A stretch of 39,891 nt of DNA from Acidobacteriota bacterium (GTDB taxonomy: Bacteria; Acidobacteriota; UBA6911; JACQSX01). A program made the position numbers and the translations under genes. Below are positions 9,408 through 19,854 of this stretch, one piece after another (position 1 is the first letter of the stretch; the number at the start of each line of letters is the position of its first letter). Under the pieces are notes generated by a model that searched no databases, was not told the DNA's origin, and saw only the letters and a program-made list of their open reading frames with translations. The DNA is taken from NCBI GenBank assembly GCA_036507075.1, contig DASXQR010000024.1, forward strand, positions 1-39,891, written 5' to 3'.

Positions 9408-12400
9408 ATGAATAAGTTTCTTCTCTCAACAATTTTGCTCTTTGTCCCTGCGCCCCGAATCGTCATGGCGGTTGACATCCATGACACCAAATTATTGAGC
9501 CAGCCGGCCGTCAGCAGGACCCACATAGCCTTTGTGTACGCCAACGATCTCTGGGTGGCAAACTCCGATGGAAGCGGCGTGCGACGGCTTACCACCGACA
9601 GCGGCACAGAAAGCAATCCTTCCTTTTCGCCCGATGGACTTCTGATCGCCTTCAGCGCCCAATACGAAGGCAACACCGACGTTTATGTCGTTCCTGTCGA
9701 GGGAGGAGTTCCTGCCCGCCTCACCTGGCATCCCGGACCCGACATCGTTCAGTGTTTCACGCCCGACGGCTCGGCGGTGCTGTTTACTTCGCCGCGCGCA
9801 GTATTCACGGGGCGCTACACCCAGTTGTTCACCGTGCCGATCAAAGGAGGATTTCCACAGGCCCTGAAGGTTCCAAACGCCTCCCAGGCCGTTTATTCGC
9901 CTGATGGCGCCCGGCTCGCCTACAACCCGCTTTACCAGTCGTTTAACCAGTGGAAACACTACCGAGGCGGGACCGTCTCCACTATCTGGCTGTACCGGTT
10001 GAGCGATAACAGCATAGAGAAAATCCCGCAGCCGGAAGGGCGTTGCAATGACACAGATCCCATATGGATGGGTGACAAAATCTATTTCCGATCGGACCGG
10101 AACGGGGAGTTCAACATTTTTTCCTTTGATTTGAAATCGCGCGCCATCGAGCAACTGACCAGGCTGGATGATTTTCCCGTGCTGCGCGCTTCCGGTGGAG
10201 GGGGGAGGATCATCTATGAACAGGCCGGCCATCTACATATCCTGGATCCTTCCACTTCAAAAAGCACCAGGCTCACCATCGGTGTGGCTGCCGATCTGGC
10301 CGAGACACGCCCGCGTTACGTCAAGGGCGCGCGCTATGTTCGAAGAGCCTCGCTGTCGCCGACCGGGGCCAGGGCAGTTTTCGAATTTCGAGGAGAGATT
10401 GTCACAGTTCCCGCTGAAAAGGGGGATCCCCGCAATCTGACCAACACTCCCGCAGTCCACGAGCGGTGGCCGGTCTGGTCGCCCGACGGGAAGTCAGTCG
10501 CTTATTTTTCGGATGAATCGAGCGAGTATGAGCTTCACATCCGCAGCCAGGAAGGGAAAGGCGAAACCAGAAAAATCAAACTGCAGGGAACCGGCTTCTA
10601 CGACAATCCGGTGTGGTCGCCGGACAGCCGAAAGATTTCTTTCGTCGATAACTCGTGGACTCTCCACTGGCTCGATCTGGATTCCGGCGTCGCCAAGAAG
10701 ATAGCATCCGAGTACCTGTACGGGCCGAATCGCGGCAAAAACATCCAACACGTCTGGTCTCCCAATTCCAAGTGGATTGCTTACACACTCAACACGGCTG
10801 CCTATATCCAGACCGTTTATGCCTACTCGATCGATCAGGACCGCTCTCACGCCATCACCGATGGGTTGAGCGACGTAGGCGAGCCCGTTTTTGATGCCAG
10901 CGGCAAGTACCTTTATTTCCTGGGCTCCACCGACGCCGGCCCGGTCAAAGAATGGTTTGCCATGTCCAATAACGACATGCGCGTGACGCGCTCAATTTAT
11001 CTGGCGGTATTGCGAAAAGATCTTCCATCTCCGCTGGCCAGGGAGAGCGACGAGGAAAAAATAACGCCGCCCGAACAGAAGGAAGAGAAGCCCAGGGAGG
11101 AGAAACCGAAAGAAGCTGCACCCAAACCGTCCGAACCCTTCTCGATCGATTTTGACGGGCTGGGCAACCGGATTCTTGCACTACCGGTCACCGCGGGGAG
11201 TTACTGGAACCTGCAGGCCGGGGCTGCCGGGCAGATTTATTATCTGGAAAACTCCACAGGCCTGACAGCATTCGGGCCGGTGCCGGGCGGGACGACGTCA
11301 CTGCGCCGTTTTGACCTGAGCCAGCGCAAAGAGGAAACCCTGCTTTCCGATGTCAGCCAGTATTTGCTTTCGGCGGACAACAAAAAGCTTCTCTACCGCT
11401 CCCGGGACAACTGGGGAATTGTCGCCGTCAAGGAAAAAATCCAGCCTGGTCAGGGAAAGCTGAATATCGACAGCATCGAGGTTCGCATCGGCCCTCCAGC
11501 GGAATGGGCACAGATGTTCGATGAGGCCTGGCGTATTAATCGCGATTATTTTTATGCCACCAACATGCACGGCGTCGACTGGACTGCAATGCGAAAAAAA
11601 TATGCCGCCTTCCTCCCGCACCTGGCAACACGCAGCGACCTGAATCGCGTGATCCAGTGGCTGGGCAGCGAGCTTGCCGTGGGACATCATTTCGTAGGAG
11701 GTGGAGATTCTCTGACAGAACCGAAAACCGTTCCCGGCGGCCTGCTCGGGGCCGACTACTCAATCGAAAATGGACGATACCGGTTCAAAAAGGTGTACGG
11801 TGGCCTGAACTGGAATCCGGAACTGCGGTCACCTCTTACAGAGCCGGGTGTGGATGTGAAAGCCGGAGAATACCTGCTGGCCGTGCGAGGCCAGGATGTG
11901 CGGCCGCCGGCGAATCTGTACAGCTTTTTTGAAAACAGCGCCGGAAAGATTATCGAGATCACGATCGGTCCCAATCCGGAAGGCTCCGGCTCGCGCACGG
12001 TTTCTGTCGTTCCTGTCGCCAGCGAAGGCGCCTTGCGCAATCGCGACTGGGTGGAAGGCAACTTGAAAAAGGTAGACCAGGCGACCGGTGGTCGCGTGGC
12101 CTACGTCTATGTTCCCAATACCAGCACGCTGGGGCACATATACTTCAAGCGCTATTTTTTCCCGCAGTCTAACAAGGATGCCATCATTGTGGATGAGCGA
12201 TTCAACGGTGGAGGCCAGATGGCAGATTACTATATCGATCTGCTGCGGCGGCCGTTCGCCGCTTACTGGCACATGCGCCACGGCGCCGATCTGAAGACTC
12301 CTTCCGCGTCGATTCAAGGCCCAAAGGTGATGATCATCGATGAAACGGCCGGTTCGGGAGGCGATCTGCTTCCCTGGATGTTTCGCAAATTCAAGCTCGG

Positions 12401-12716
12401 CCAACTGGTGGGAAAGCGAACCTGGGGAGGGCTCGTTGGAACGCTGGGATTCCCGGTATTGATGGACGGTGGTGTGGTATCGGCCCCAAACTTTGCCATC
12501 TGGACCGAGGAAGGCTGGATCGTTGAAAATGTGGGAATTCCTCCAGATATCGAAGTGGAGCAGACGCCGGCTGATGTCGTCGCCGGGCGCGATCCACAAC
12601 TGGAGAAGGCCATCGAGGTGGTGATGGAACAGTTAAAGAAGAATCCTCCATCCCGTCCCAAGCGGCCGCCTTATCCGGTGCGAGTAAAGAGCCTGAACGC
12701 CCGAGCTGCTCGTTAG
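9408..12716 (+). CDS. Tricorn-like S41 protease (PD40 beta-propellers, PDZ, S41 domain)
   Basis: PD40 repeats (P.WSPDG), DERFNGGG, catalytic GSGGD, GKRTWGG and ENVGIPPDIEV; RBS GGAGG; signal peptide. Confidence 0.95.
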   Translation: MNKFLLSTILLFVPAPRIVMAVDIHDTKLLSQPAVSRTHIAFVYANDLWVANSDGSGVRRLTTDSGTESNPSFSPDGLLIAFSAQYEGNTDVYVVPVEGGVPARLTWHPGPDIVQCFTPDGSAVLFTSPRAVFTGRYTQLFTVPIKGGFPQALKVPNASQAVYSPDGARLAYNPLYQSFNQWKHYRGGTVSTIWLYRLSDNSIEKIPQPEGRCNDTDPIWMGDKIYFRSDRNGEFNIFSFDLKSRAIEQLTRLDDFPVLRASGGGGRIIYEQAGHLHILDPSTSKSTRLTIGVAADLAETRPRYVKGARYVRRASLSPTGARAVFEFRGEIVTVPAEKGDPRNLTNTPAVHERWPVWSPDGKSVAYFSDESSEYELHIRSQEGKGETRKIKLQGTGFYDNPVWSPDSRKISFVDNSWTLHWLDLDSGVAKKIASEYLYGPNRGKNIQHVWSPNSKWIAYTLNTAAYIQTVYAYSIDQDRSHAITDGLSDVGEPVFDASGKYLYFLGSTDAGPVKEWFAMSNNDMRVTRSIYLAVLRKDLPSPLARESDEEKITPPEQKEEKPREEKPKEAAPKPSEPFSIDFDGLGNRILALPVTAGSYWNLQAGAAGQIYYLENSTGLTAFGPVPGGTTSLRRFDLSQRKEETLLSDVSQYLLSADNKKLLYRSRDNWGIVAVKEKIQPGQGKLNIDSIEVRIGPPAEWAQMFDEAWRINRDYFYATNMHGVDWTAMRKKYAAFLPHLATRSDLNRVIQWLGSELAVGHHFVGGGDSLTEPKTVPGGLLGADYSIENGRYRFKKVYGGLNWNPELRSPLTEPGVDVKAGEYLLAVRGQDVRPPANLYSFFENSAGKIIEITIGPNPEGSGSRTVSVVPVASEGALRNRDWVEGNLKKVDQATGGRVAYVYVPNTSTLGHIYFKRYFFPQSNKDAIIVDERFNGGGQMADYYIDLLRRPFAAYWHMRHGADLKTPSASIQGPKVMIIDETAGSGGDLLPWMFRKFKLGQLVGKRTWGGLVGTLGFPVLMDGGVVSAPNFAIWTEEGWIVENVGIPPDIEVEQTPADVVAGRDPQLEKAIEVVMEQLKKNPPSRPKRPPYPVRVKSLNARAAR

Positions 12717-13060
12717 TGCGGGCCTCGCCAACTTGCGCCCGGATGGGGCGCGGACCGATCGCGCGGCACGCGAAGCGCAGAGCCACGTCCCGCAAGGGCG
12801 TGGGGGTTCGTCGAACGCGTAATAAATTACAGCGCTTTCTCCCCAAATGAGAAAACCGCGTTGCCATTCTATCGTCCCGGACAGACCTCGCTGGCCTAGT
12901 TGATAGGTAAGCTGCGGGGCGTTGGGACGGCTAATGTCGAAAACGCGCAAGCCACGTTCGCTCACACAGAACAGCGTTTCCTTCCCGAAGAAACGACCTG
13001 CGCTGATCTGCCGAAGCGGGCTCACGAACTCCAGGACGGATTCCTGCGTGATCAGTACCT
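12690..13060 (-). pseudogene. Fragment of an LVIVD-repeat-like beta-propeller gene
   Basis: Minus-strand frame reads TLFCVSERGLRVFDISRPNAPQL and FLIWGESAVIYY. It has no independent start or stop; the ORF ends run into the neighbouring genes. Confidence 0.5.
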
Positions 13061-13061
13061 G

Positions 13062-14498
13062 GCGATGGCGCGCATCGGCTATCTTTATCTGCGGGAGGGA
13101 AAATGGAACGGGAAGCAAATCCTCTCAACGCAGTTCGTCCGGCTGGCCACACGGCCGACCATGCTTCCGGCGCCCTGGCCTTACTACGGCTTTTACTGGG
13201 GCAGCAACGCCAAAGGGACCTACGCGGAAATGCCGAAGGACACGTACTGGGCGCTGGGGCTGGGCGACAGTTTTGTCGTCGTTTGTCCAAGCCTTGACAT
13301 CGTGGCCGTGAGGCTGGGTGTCGGCTCGACGCGATCCCAGTTGCCCGCCGAACCGCCCGATGACTGGGGCAAAAGGGTCGCCGGCTTTTTCAGCCTCGTC
13401 GTTGCTGCTGTGAGAGATGGCCGGGCTCCTGCGCCCTCAACGCCAAATTCAGAGGCGCCGTATGCTTCCAGCCCAGTGATCAAAGACATCACGTGGGCCG
13501 GCAAAGAAAACATTATCCGCCAGGCACAGGGGAGCGATAACTGGCCGCTCACCTGGGCCGACGACGACAACCTTTACACTGCCTATGGAGACGGTCACGG
13601 CTTCGAGCCGTCCCAACGAGAGAAGTTGAGTCTTGGTTTTGCCAAAGTCATCGGCAGGCCCGGCGACTTTTCCGGGATGAACATCCGCTCGCTGTCAGGT
13701 GAGCAGACAGGCGAGGGTGCTGCAGGCAAGAAGGCCAGCGGCTTGCTGATGCTCGATGGCATCCTTTATCTATGGGCCCGCAATGCCGGCAACTCGCAGC
13801 TCGCGTGGTCTGCCGACCACGGCCGGACCTGGACGTGGAACGACTGGAAATTCTCCACCAGTTTCGGCTGTCCCACGTTCCTCAACTTCGGTAAGAACTA
13901 CGCAGGCGCGCGGGACAACTACGTTTACATTTACTCTCACGATTCCGATAACGCTTACACGCCTGCCGACCGCATGGTCCTGGCGCGCGTGCCAAAGGAG
14001 AGAATTCGCGAGCGCGAAGCCTACGAGTTTTTCACGCATCTTGGCAAAAGGAACCGGCCAGAGTGGACCAGGGACATCGCCCGCCGGGGCACGGTTTTTA
14101 CACACCCGGGAAAATGTTACCGCTCCGGCATTACCTACAACGCGGGGTTGAAGCGCTACTTCTGGAGCCAGACTTTGCCCGGCGGCGACGCGCGTTTCAA
14201 AGGGGGCTTCGGTATTTACGATGCCCCCGAGCCGTGGGGTCCGTGGACGACGGTTTACTACACAGAAGAGTGGGACGTTGGTCCGGGCGAAACGAGCTCC
14301 TTCCCGACCAAATGGATAAGTGCGGACGGCAGAACGCTCCACCTTGTCTTCTCTGGTGATGACTCTTTTTCCATGCGACGTGTAAAGTTGCACACCGCAG
14401 GGTCAAACAGGGGTCAAACAGGGACAGACCCCAAATTAAAATTGGGGACTGTCCCCATTTTCCACTATGAATTGCGGGCGCCGTTGCTTCGCCGCTAA
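13062..14498 (+). pseudogene. 5'-truncated serine hydrolase (beta-lactamase family) C-terminus fused to a DUF4185-like beta-propeller domain
   Basis: AMARIGYLYLREGKWNGKQIL, YGFYW and ALGLGDS form the C-terminal part only, with no SxxK. The second domain has GSDNWPLTWADDD, YTAYGDG and DAPEPWGPW. The last ~30 codons read through a repeat. Confidence 0.7.
14400..14456. repeat. GGGACAGA...TGTCCC palindrome, copy 1, preceded by a GGGTCAAACAG tandem duplication
   Basis: gggacagaccccaaattaaaattggggactgtcccc; 33/36 identical to 18021-18056. Confidence 0.85.
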
Positions 14499-14518
14499 AC
14501 AGACACTTGTCGCAAGCT

Positions 14519-15505
14519 ATGATTCACTGCACGCTTTGTGGGAGTGGTTCCGTTAGTCAGATCTTTTCAAAAAAAGGTTTCCACTTCCATCAATGCAACG
14601 ACTGTCACCACGTGTTTGTTTTTCCTCTTCCGACGAGCGATGAAACTGTATTACATTACGCTGAATCATATGACGACCGCTATCTAGCAACTGTCCGGCT
14701 TTGGTTTGAAGCGCTCGCCAGCAAACGCATGACCGTTCTCAGCAGTCTCTATCCCAGCGGATTTCGGGGTCGTTTGCTTGATGCTGGCAGCGGATATGGT
14801 TTCTTTCTTGCCAAGGCACGTGATGCGGGCTGGGAGGTCACAGGTATTGAGGCATCACCGATTCCGCTTACCTTCGCGAGGAAGCAGTTCAACCTGATCG
14901 TGATTCGTGGCGACATTCAGGTAGCGTTCCAGGAGTTGCCAAGGGAGAGTTATGACGTGGTCACGTTTTGGCATGTACTCGAACATGTAAATTCACCCGC
15001 AGCCAGACTTACGGAGGCGATCGCTTTGATACGGCCAGGCGGTCACTTGATCGTCAATTCGCCTAATTTTGATTCGACTGTCTGTCGTTTGCTCGGAAAA
15101 CGATGGAGCTGGGTGTACGCTCCAGGTCATGTCCAATACTTTTCGCTGGTCAGTCTGGCCCGATGGCTTGAGACGAGAGGTTTATCTATTGTCAAGCGGG
15201 AAACTTGGAGTGAGACACCCAATCTATATTTTGAAGTAGAAGAGTCTCTGGTCCTGGCTATGTGCGATCTCTTGCAGAAAATTCCTCGGTTCCCGCTCAC
15301 CCGCCTGAGGCGCCGGCTTCTTAGTTTTGTCTATAGCGTGTTTAATCAGCAGGTCGTCCAAAAGAAGCTCAAGACCGCCTACGACTACACGCCCTTCCTT
15401 GACAGATGGCTTGTGAAGCATGATCGTGGTCACGAGCTGATCGTAATTGCGAGAAAGTCAAAACCTGCATCTTTTACGAACCGGACCCGTGAGCAGGAAC
15501 CATAG
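14519..15505 (+). CDS. Class I SAM-dependent methyltransferase with an N-terminal CxxC...CxxC zinc ribbon
   Basis: CTLC...CNDC, LLDAGSGYG, YDVVTFWHVLEHV and PGHVQYF. Confidence 0.9.
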   Translation: MIHCTLCGSGSVSQIFSKKGFHFHQCNDCHHVFVFPLPTSDETVLHYAESYDDRYLATVRLWFEALASKRMTVLSSLYPSGFRGRLLDAGSGYGFFLAKARDAGWEVTGIEASPIPLTFARKQFNLIVIRGDIQVAFQELPRESYDVVTFWHVLEHVNSPAARLTEAIALIRPGGHLIVNSPNFDSTVCRLLGKRWSWVYAPGHVQYFSLVSLARWLETRGLSIVKRETWSETPNLYFEVEESLVLAMCDLLQKIPRFPLTRLRRRLLSFVYSVFNQQVVQKKLKTAYDYTPFLDRWLVKHDRGHELIVIARKSKPASFTNRTREQEP

Positions 15506-15512
15506 GCAGTCG

Positions 15513-16637
15513 ATGGATTTGAATTTCGCTCCCGCTGTCGGCCATTTTGATCAACTCTGCTGCCGGAACGGAAAGCTGTTCGTGCAAGGTTGGCTATTCG
15601 CACCGGATCAGGCAATAGATTCCATCACGCTTTTTCTCGACGGCGATTTAGTTGCGTCATTCCCCTGCAGGTTAAGAGAAGATGTGGGCGCTGCGTATCC
15701 GTGGATACCCTACGCGCACTCATCGGGCTTTTCATTTAATCCGGATCAGGTTGAGACCACCCAGCGTGTGGATATCGTCGGACTTTGGAAGAATAGCCCC
15801 GTTGCCCGTCTCAGCACTGTATTTCGCACAGACCTTGACGAAATTGTCTCCTTGCCGCCTCGGCAATTAATGAAGCGCGTCAGTTTCGGAGTGTCGGATT
15901 ATCTCTTTAAGCTGCATGGATTGAAAATGTTCGGGGACCTGATGGAGCAGATCGGCAGGTTTTCACCGCTTTCACAGGTCAGATGCATGCTTGACTGGGG
16001 CTGTGGGTGCGGAAGAGTCACCAGACATTTTCTGCTGGAACAGGACAGACCTATCATCCACGGATGCGATATCGATGGTGAAGCAGTTGAATGGTGCGGG
16101 CATAATTTGGACTCAGCCGAATTCAGGCAAATAGAGCCTTACCCACCGACGCCCTATGCGGACGGAATGTTTGACCTCGTTACAGCTTGTTCAGTGTTCA
16201 CTCATCTCTCGGAGGCATTGCAGACAGAGTGGCTCAAAGAGATGAGACGCATCATCGTTCCCGGGGGCATATTGCTGGCTTCAACGCACGGCAGGTTCGC
16301 TTTTCTATCCGACTACCACCGCTCTCTTGCCTTGTACAAACGGGTCTTCCCTCTGAGAGGAGTTCATCCACGATGGATCCGAATACTGTTGCGATGCGGC
16401 AGCCTGTTTCCCGACATCGTCAAAAACCTGTTTGACAGATCGCCTTGCCTGGTCGAAGTACGTCTTGAGAATGATCTTGCGCTGGAAGGGATTGCGCCGG
16501 CGGGTTATTACCTGAGTGTGTATCAGTCTCGCAGCTATGTTTATAGGAACTGGGGCAAGTACTTCGAGGTTCTCGATTATATCAACCTCGGATTGAATGC
16601 CCATCAGGATCTGGTCGTCTTGCGGAGACCGGCTTGA
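15513..16637 (+). CDS. Class I SAM-dependent methyltransferase with an N-terminal beta-rich domain
   Basis: LDWGCGCGRV, FDLVTACSVFTHL, EMRRIIVPGG and QDLVVLRR; N-terminal GW...REDV...YP...SGF. Confidence 0.9.
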   Translation: MDLNFAPAVGHFDQLCCRNGKLFVQGWLFAPDQAIDSITLFLDGDLVASFPCRLREDVGAAYPWIPYAHSSGFSFNPDQVETTQRVDIVGLWKNSPVARLSTVFRTDLDEIVSLPPRQLMKRVSFGVSDYLFKLHGLKMFGDLMEQIGRFSPLSQVRCMLDWGCGCGRVTRHFLLEQDRPIIHGCDIDGEAVEWCGHNLDSAEFRQIEPYPPTPYADGMFDLVTACSVFTHLSEALQTEWLKEMRRIIVPGGILLASTHGRFAFLSDYHRSLALYKRVFPLRGVHPRWIRILLRCGSLFPDIVKNLFDRSPCLVEVRLENDLALEGIAPAGYYLSVYQSRSYVYRNWGKYFEVLDYINLGLNAHQDLVVLRRPA

Positions 16638-16795
16638 CGGCCGGAAAGCAATTCGATCTCTTCCTACGGCTGAAGATGAACAGGTTGAGCCCGTGGGCGT
16701 TTGGGTTGTCAAGTGAGTGCGACCAGCCCGCACGAATGAACGGTTCATAAGCGGCGGCCGCCGGGAATTCGTATCTGCGCGGCTGAAGAAGATTA

Positions 16796-16801
16796 GATAA
16801 T
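16796..16801 (+). promoter_or_regulatory. Candidate -10 box of a leaderless transcript
   Basis: GATAAT lies 7 nt before GTG 16809; no Shine-Dalgarno sequence. Confidence 0.4.
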
Positions 16802-16808
16802 AGCGCCT

Positions 16809-18017
16809 GTGACACGCCACGTTCCGCTCCGATGGGTCGCGATCACCGTCTTCGTATTTTCGTCCTCGCTGAATTACCTCGATCGCCAGCTCCTGGCTGC
16901 CGTGGCGCCCGCATTGAAAGCCGAGTTTCACCTTTCCAATCAGGATTACGGACAAGTGCTCTTTGCGTTTTCAATCTGCTACGCGGCAGCCGCGCCACTG
17001 GCCGGTCTCTGGATCGATCGCATCGGTCTGAACAGGGGCACCAGCATTGCCGTCGCCCTCTGGTCGATGGCAGGGATTGCGACCGGGCTGGTGCGCAGTT
17101 TCGGCGGGCTGCTTGGCACACGAGCCGCGCTGGGAATGGCTGAAGCGGCCGGGATACCGTCCTCGGGCAAGGCGAACGGCTCCTATCTCCTTCCCCAGGA
17201 GCTGGCGCTGGGGACTGCCATGAATCAGGTGGGACTCACACTGGGCGGCGTCGCCGCGCCTTTGCTGGTAGGTTTTCTATCCATCCGCTACGGCTGGCGC
17301 GCTGTGTTTGTCCTCTGTGGTTTTCTCGGTTTGGCCTGGGTGCCTTTGTGGCTCTGGACGGCGCATCGTGTCCCGCCGATCCAGCAGACACAAGACGCGC
17401 CGGCCACTCCCGTGGAGGAGATGCTGCGCGATCGGCGTTTCTGGGGCTTAGTGGCGGCAAACATCCTTTACATGACGATGTACACGCTCTGGACGAACTG
17501 GACCACTTTGTATTTCGTGGAAGCGCGCGGCATGACGCAGGCAGAGGCAAACCGCCAATTCGCCTGGATTCCGCCGGTGTTCGCGACGCTGGGAGGTTTC
17601 TTCGGAGGCGGACTGGCGTATCGGCTGATTCGAAGCGGCTTGGAAGTCCATGCCGCGCGCATGCGCATCTGCTGGCTGAGCGCTTTTTTGCTGCTCGCCA
17701 CCGCCGCCGTTCCCATCGTGCCGACCGCGTTCTGGGCGGTTGTCGTGATCTCGTTCAGCTTCTTCTGGGTGACGGCGATGAGCACGAATATTTACGCCAT
17801 GCCGATCGACTTCTTCGGCGTCGGGCGCGCCGCTTTCGGCGTGGCGGCTTTGACATTCGCCTATGGCCTGATGCAGGCCTTTGTTTCACCCGCCATCGGC
17901 GCGCTGGTCGACCGACATGGCTTTGGTCTTATCTGTGCGGGATTTTCCTTTCTTCCGCTGATCGCAGTGGTGGTTCTCAGGGCAACGCGAGCAGGCGCTT
18001 CATCGAAGGGGGCTTAA
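16809..18017 (+). CDS. MFS transporter, ExuT/hexuronate-like (ACS family)
   Basis: LRWVAI...LNYLDRQLL, GLWIDRIG, YGWRAVF and many hydrophobic segments. Confidence 0.9.
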   Translation: MTRHVPLRWVAITVFVFSSSLNYLDRQLLAAVAPALKAEFHLSNQDYGQVLFAFSICYAAAAPLAGLWIDRIGLNRGTSIAVALWSMAGIATGLVRSFGGLLGTRAALGMAEAAGIPSSGKANGSYLLPQELALGTAMNQVGLTLGGVAAPLLVGFLSIRYGWRAVFVLCGFLGLAWVPLWLWTAHRVPPIQQTQDAPATPVEEMLRDRRFWGLVAANILYMTMYTLWTNWTTLYFVEARGMTQAEANRQFAWIPPVFATLGGFFGGGLAYRLIRSGLEVHAARMRICWLSAFLLLATAAVPIVPTAFWAVVVISFSFFWVTAMSTNIYAMPIDFFGVGRAAFGVAALTFAYGLMQAFVSPAIGALVDRHGFGLICAGFSFLPLIAVVVLRATRAGASSKGA

Positions 18018-18020
18018 ATG

Positions 18021-18056
18021 GGGACAGATCCCAAATTAAAATCGGGGTCTGTCCCC
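18021..18056. repeat. GGGACAGA...TGTCCC palindrome, copy 2
   Basis: gggacagatcccaaattaaaatcggggtctgtcccc directly after the MFS stop codon. Confidence 0.85.
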
Positions 18057-18069
18057 GTTTTACGTAGAA

Positions 18070-18144
18070 TTGTACTGTCGGCCTGCGGCCGGCATTCCTG
18101 TCATGCCAGCACTGTCGAAGGCCGGCTGCACACCGGCGCTACAA
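18070..18144. repeat. Degenerate GTAG-type REP doublet
   Basis: ttgtactgtcggcctgcggccggc versus the reverse complement of the right arm, ttgtagcgccggtgtgcagccggc. Confidence 0.55.
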
Positions 18145-19821
18145 ATACGGGTGATTGCTTTCTCAATTGTCATTACGTTGGCTTGCCCGCTCCCCTTCGG
18201 CTCGCAGGTCCCGCGAGAGCCGATAGCCGACGGCCCCGTGGTCACTTTTGAAGAGATTCCCGCCAAAAAGACCGGTATTACCTGGGCGCATGATAACGCG
18301 CGGTCGCCGGAACGGCATTTGCCGGAGACGGTGGGCGGGGGCTGTGCCTTTTTTGACTACGACAATGACGGGTGGGTGGATATCTATCTGGTCAACAGCG
18401 GGACATCCGACTTTTTCACTCCATCCAGGCCGCTCAAGAACGCGCTCTATCGCAATAATCACGACGGGACGTTCACCGATGTGGCCGACAAGGCCGGCGT
18501 GGCGGGCGGTCAGTTCGGGATGGGCGCGGCTGCGGCGGATTATGACGGCGATGGCCGGTCGGATCTTTATGTCACCAACTACGGGCGTAACATCCTTTAC
18601 CACAACAATGGCGATGGAACCTTCACTGACGTGACCGCAAAAGCCGGCGTCGCCGCCCCGGGCTGGTCGACCTGCGCCGTGTGGTTCGACTTCGACAACG
18701 ACGGCAGGCTTGATCTGTTCGTTGCCAGTTTCGTCTTTTACGACAAATCACAGAGTGCCATCTGCGGCGATAATCGTCTGGGCCGCCGCTATTACTGCAT
18801 CCCGCGAGTTTTCAGGCCGACGCCGAGCCGTCTGTTCCATAACAATGGCGATGGCACTTTCACCGATGTGAGCCGGCGGTCGGGAATCGCAAGCGTACTC
18901 GGCAAAGCCTTCGGCGCCGTCGCCACCGACATCAATAATGACGGGTTGATGGATCTTTTTGTGGCAAACGATACGGTAGCCAACTTTCTCTTCGTCAACA
19001 AAGGCGAAGGGAAGTTCGAAGAGGCAGGATTGGCGGCTGGAGTGGCCTACAGCGATGCGGGCACCCCTCGCTCCGGAATGGGCGTCGATGCCGCCGACTG
19101 TGACGGGGATGGCTGGCAGGATCTCTTTGTCGCCAACATTGATCAGGAGATGTTCAGTCTCTATCGCAACCAGAAGGACTTGACCTTCAGCGACCAGGCG
19201 GGCGAAATCGGCCGGGCGACCCGGCTGCTGAGCGGCTGGGGACTGAAGTTTTTTGATTATGACAATGACGGCGACCCGGACCTTTTTCTCGCCAATGGCC
19301 ATCCCGATGACATGATCGAAGCGCAGAACGCGCGCGTAAAATACAGGGAGCCGCCGTTGATGTTCGAGAATGTGGACGGTGTATTCAAGAATGTGAGCGC
19401 GCAATCCGGCGCGGCTTTTGGCAAAGACTTTTCTGCGCGCGGCCTTGCTGTCGGTGATTTTGACAATGATGGTGATCTCGATGTGCTCATCTCCAATAAC
19501 GGTGAACCTCCGCTGTTGCTGCGCAATGAAGGAGGCAACCGCAATCATTGGCTTGGCCTGCAACTGGTTTCCACCAGGAGCAATCCGGCGGCCGTTGGCG
19601 CCGTGATCACCTGGAAGGCGGGGGGGAAGAAGTGGAGCCGATTGAGAACCAGCGGGGGAAGTTACCTCGCCTCGCATGATCCGCGCGAGATCCTGGGGCT
19701 GGGGAACGCTGCGCGAGTGGATAGCATCGAGATTCGCTGGCCAAGCGGCAAGCTCGACAAGCTGGCCGATCTGCCGGTCAACACCTATATCAAAGTGGTG
19801 GAAGGCTCAGGCGCCAGGTGA
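18103..19821 (+). CDS. CRTAC1 family protein (FG-GAP/VCBS repeats plus ASPIC/UnbV domain)
   Basis: Repeated DYDNDG and [13 protein letters not shown]-terminal [18 protein letters not shown] and EIRWPSG. Start uncertain (ATG 18103 or GTG 18151). Confidence 0.93.
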   Translation: MPALSKAGCTPALQIRVIAFSIVITLACPLPFGSQVPREPIADGPVVTFEEIPAKKTGITWAHDNARSPERHLPETVGGGCAFFDYDNDGWVDIYLVNSGTSDFFTPSRPLKNALYRNNHDGTFTDVADKAGVAGGQFGMGAAAADYDGDGRSDLYVTNYGRNILYHNNGDGTFTDVTAKAGVAAPGWSTCAVWFDFDNDGRLDLFVASFVFYDKSQSAICGDNRLGRRYYCIPRVFRPTPSRLFHNNGDGTFTDVSRRSGIASVLGKAFGAVATDINNDGLMDLFVANDTVANFLFVNKGEGKFEEAGLAAGVAYSDAGTPRSGMGVDAADCDGDGWQDLFVANIDQEMFSLYRNQKDLTFSDQAGEIGRATRLLSGWGLKFFDYDNDGDPDLFLANGHPDDMIEAQNARVKYREPPLMFENVDGVFKNVSAQSGAAFGKDFSARGLAVGDFDNDGDLDVLISNNGEPPLLLRNEGGNRNHWLGLQLVSTRSNPAAVGAVITWKAGGKKWSRLRTSGGSYLASHDPREILGLGNAARVDSIEIRWPSGKLDKLADLPVNTYIKVVEGSGAR

Positions 19822-19854
19822 GGGGATGGAGGGACTGAGGGATGGAGGGACAGT

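Noticed and set aside
12900..13061. N-terminus of the 532-aa ORF as a real domain
   Set aside because: No signal peptide or SxxK; the opposite strand reads more like a protein
16753..16770. Adjacent NotI and EcoRI sites as vector contamination
   Set aside because: No further polylinker or vector context; compatible with chance in GC-rich DNA
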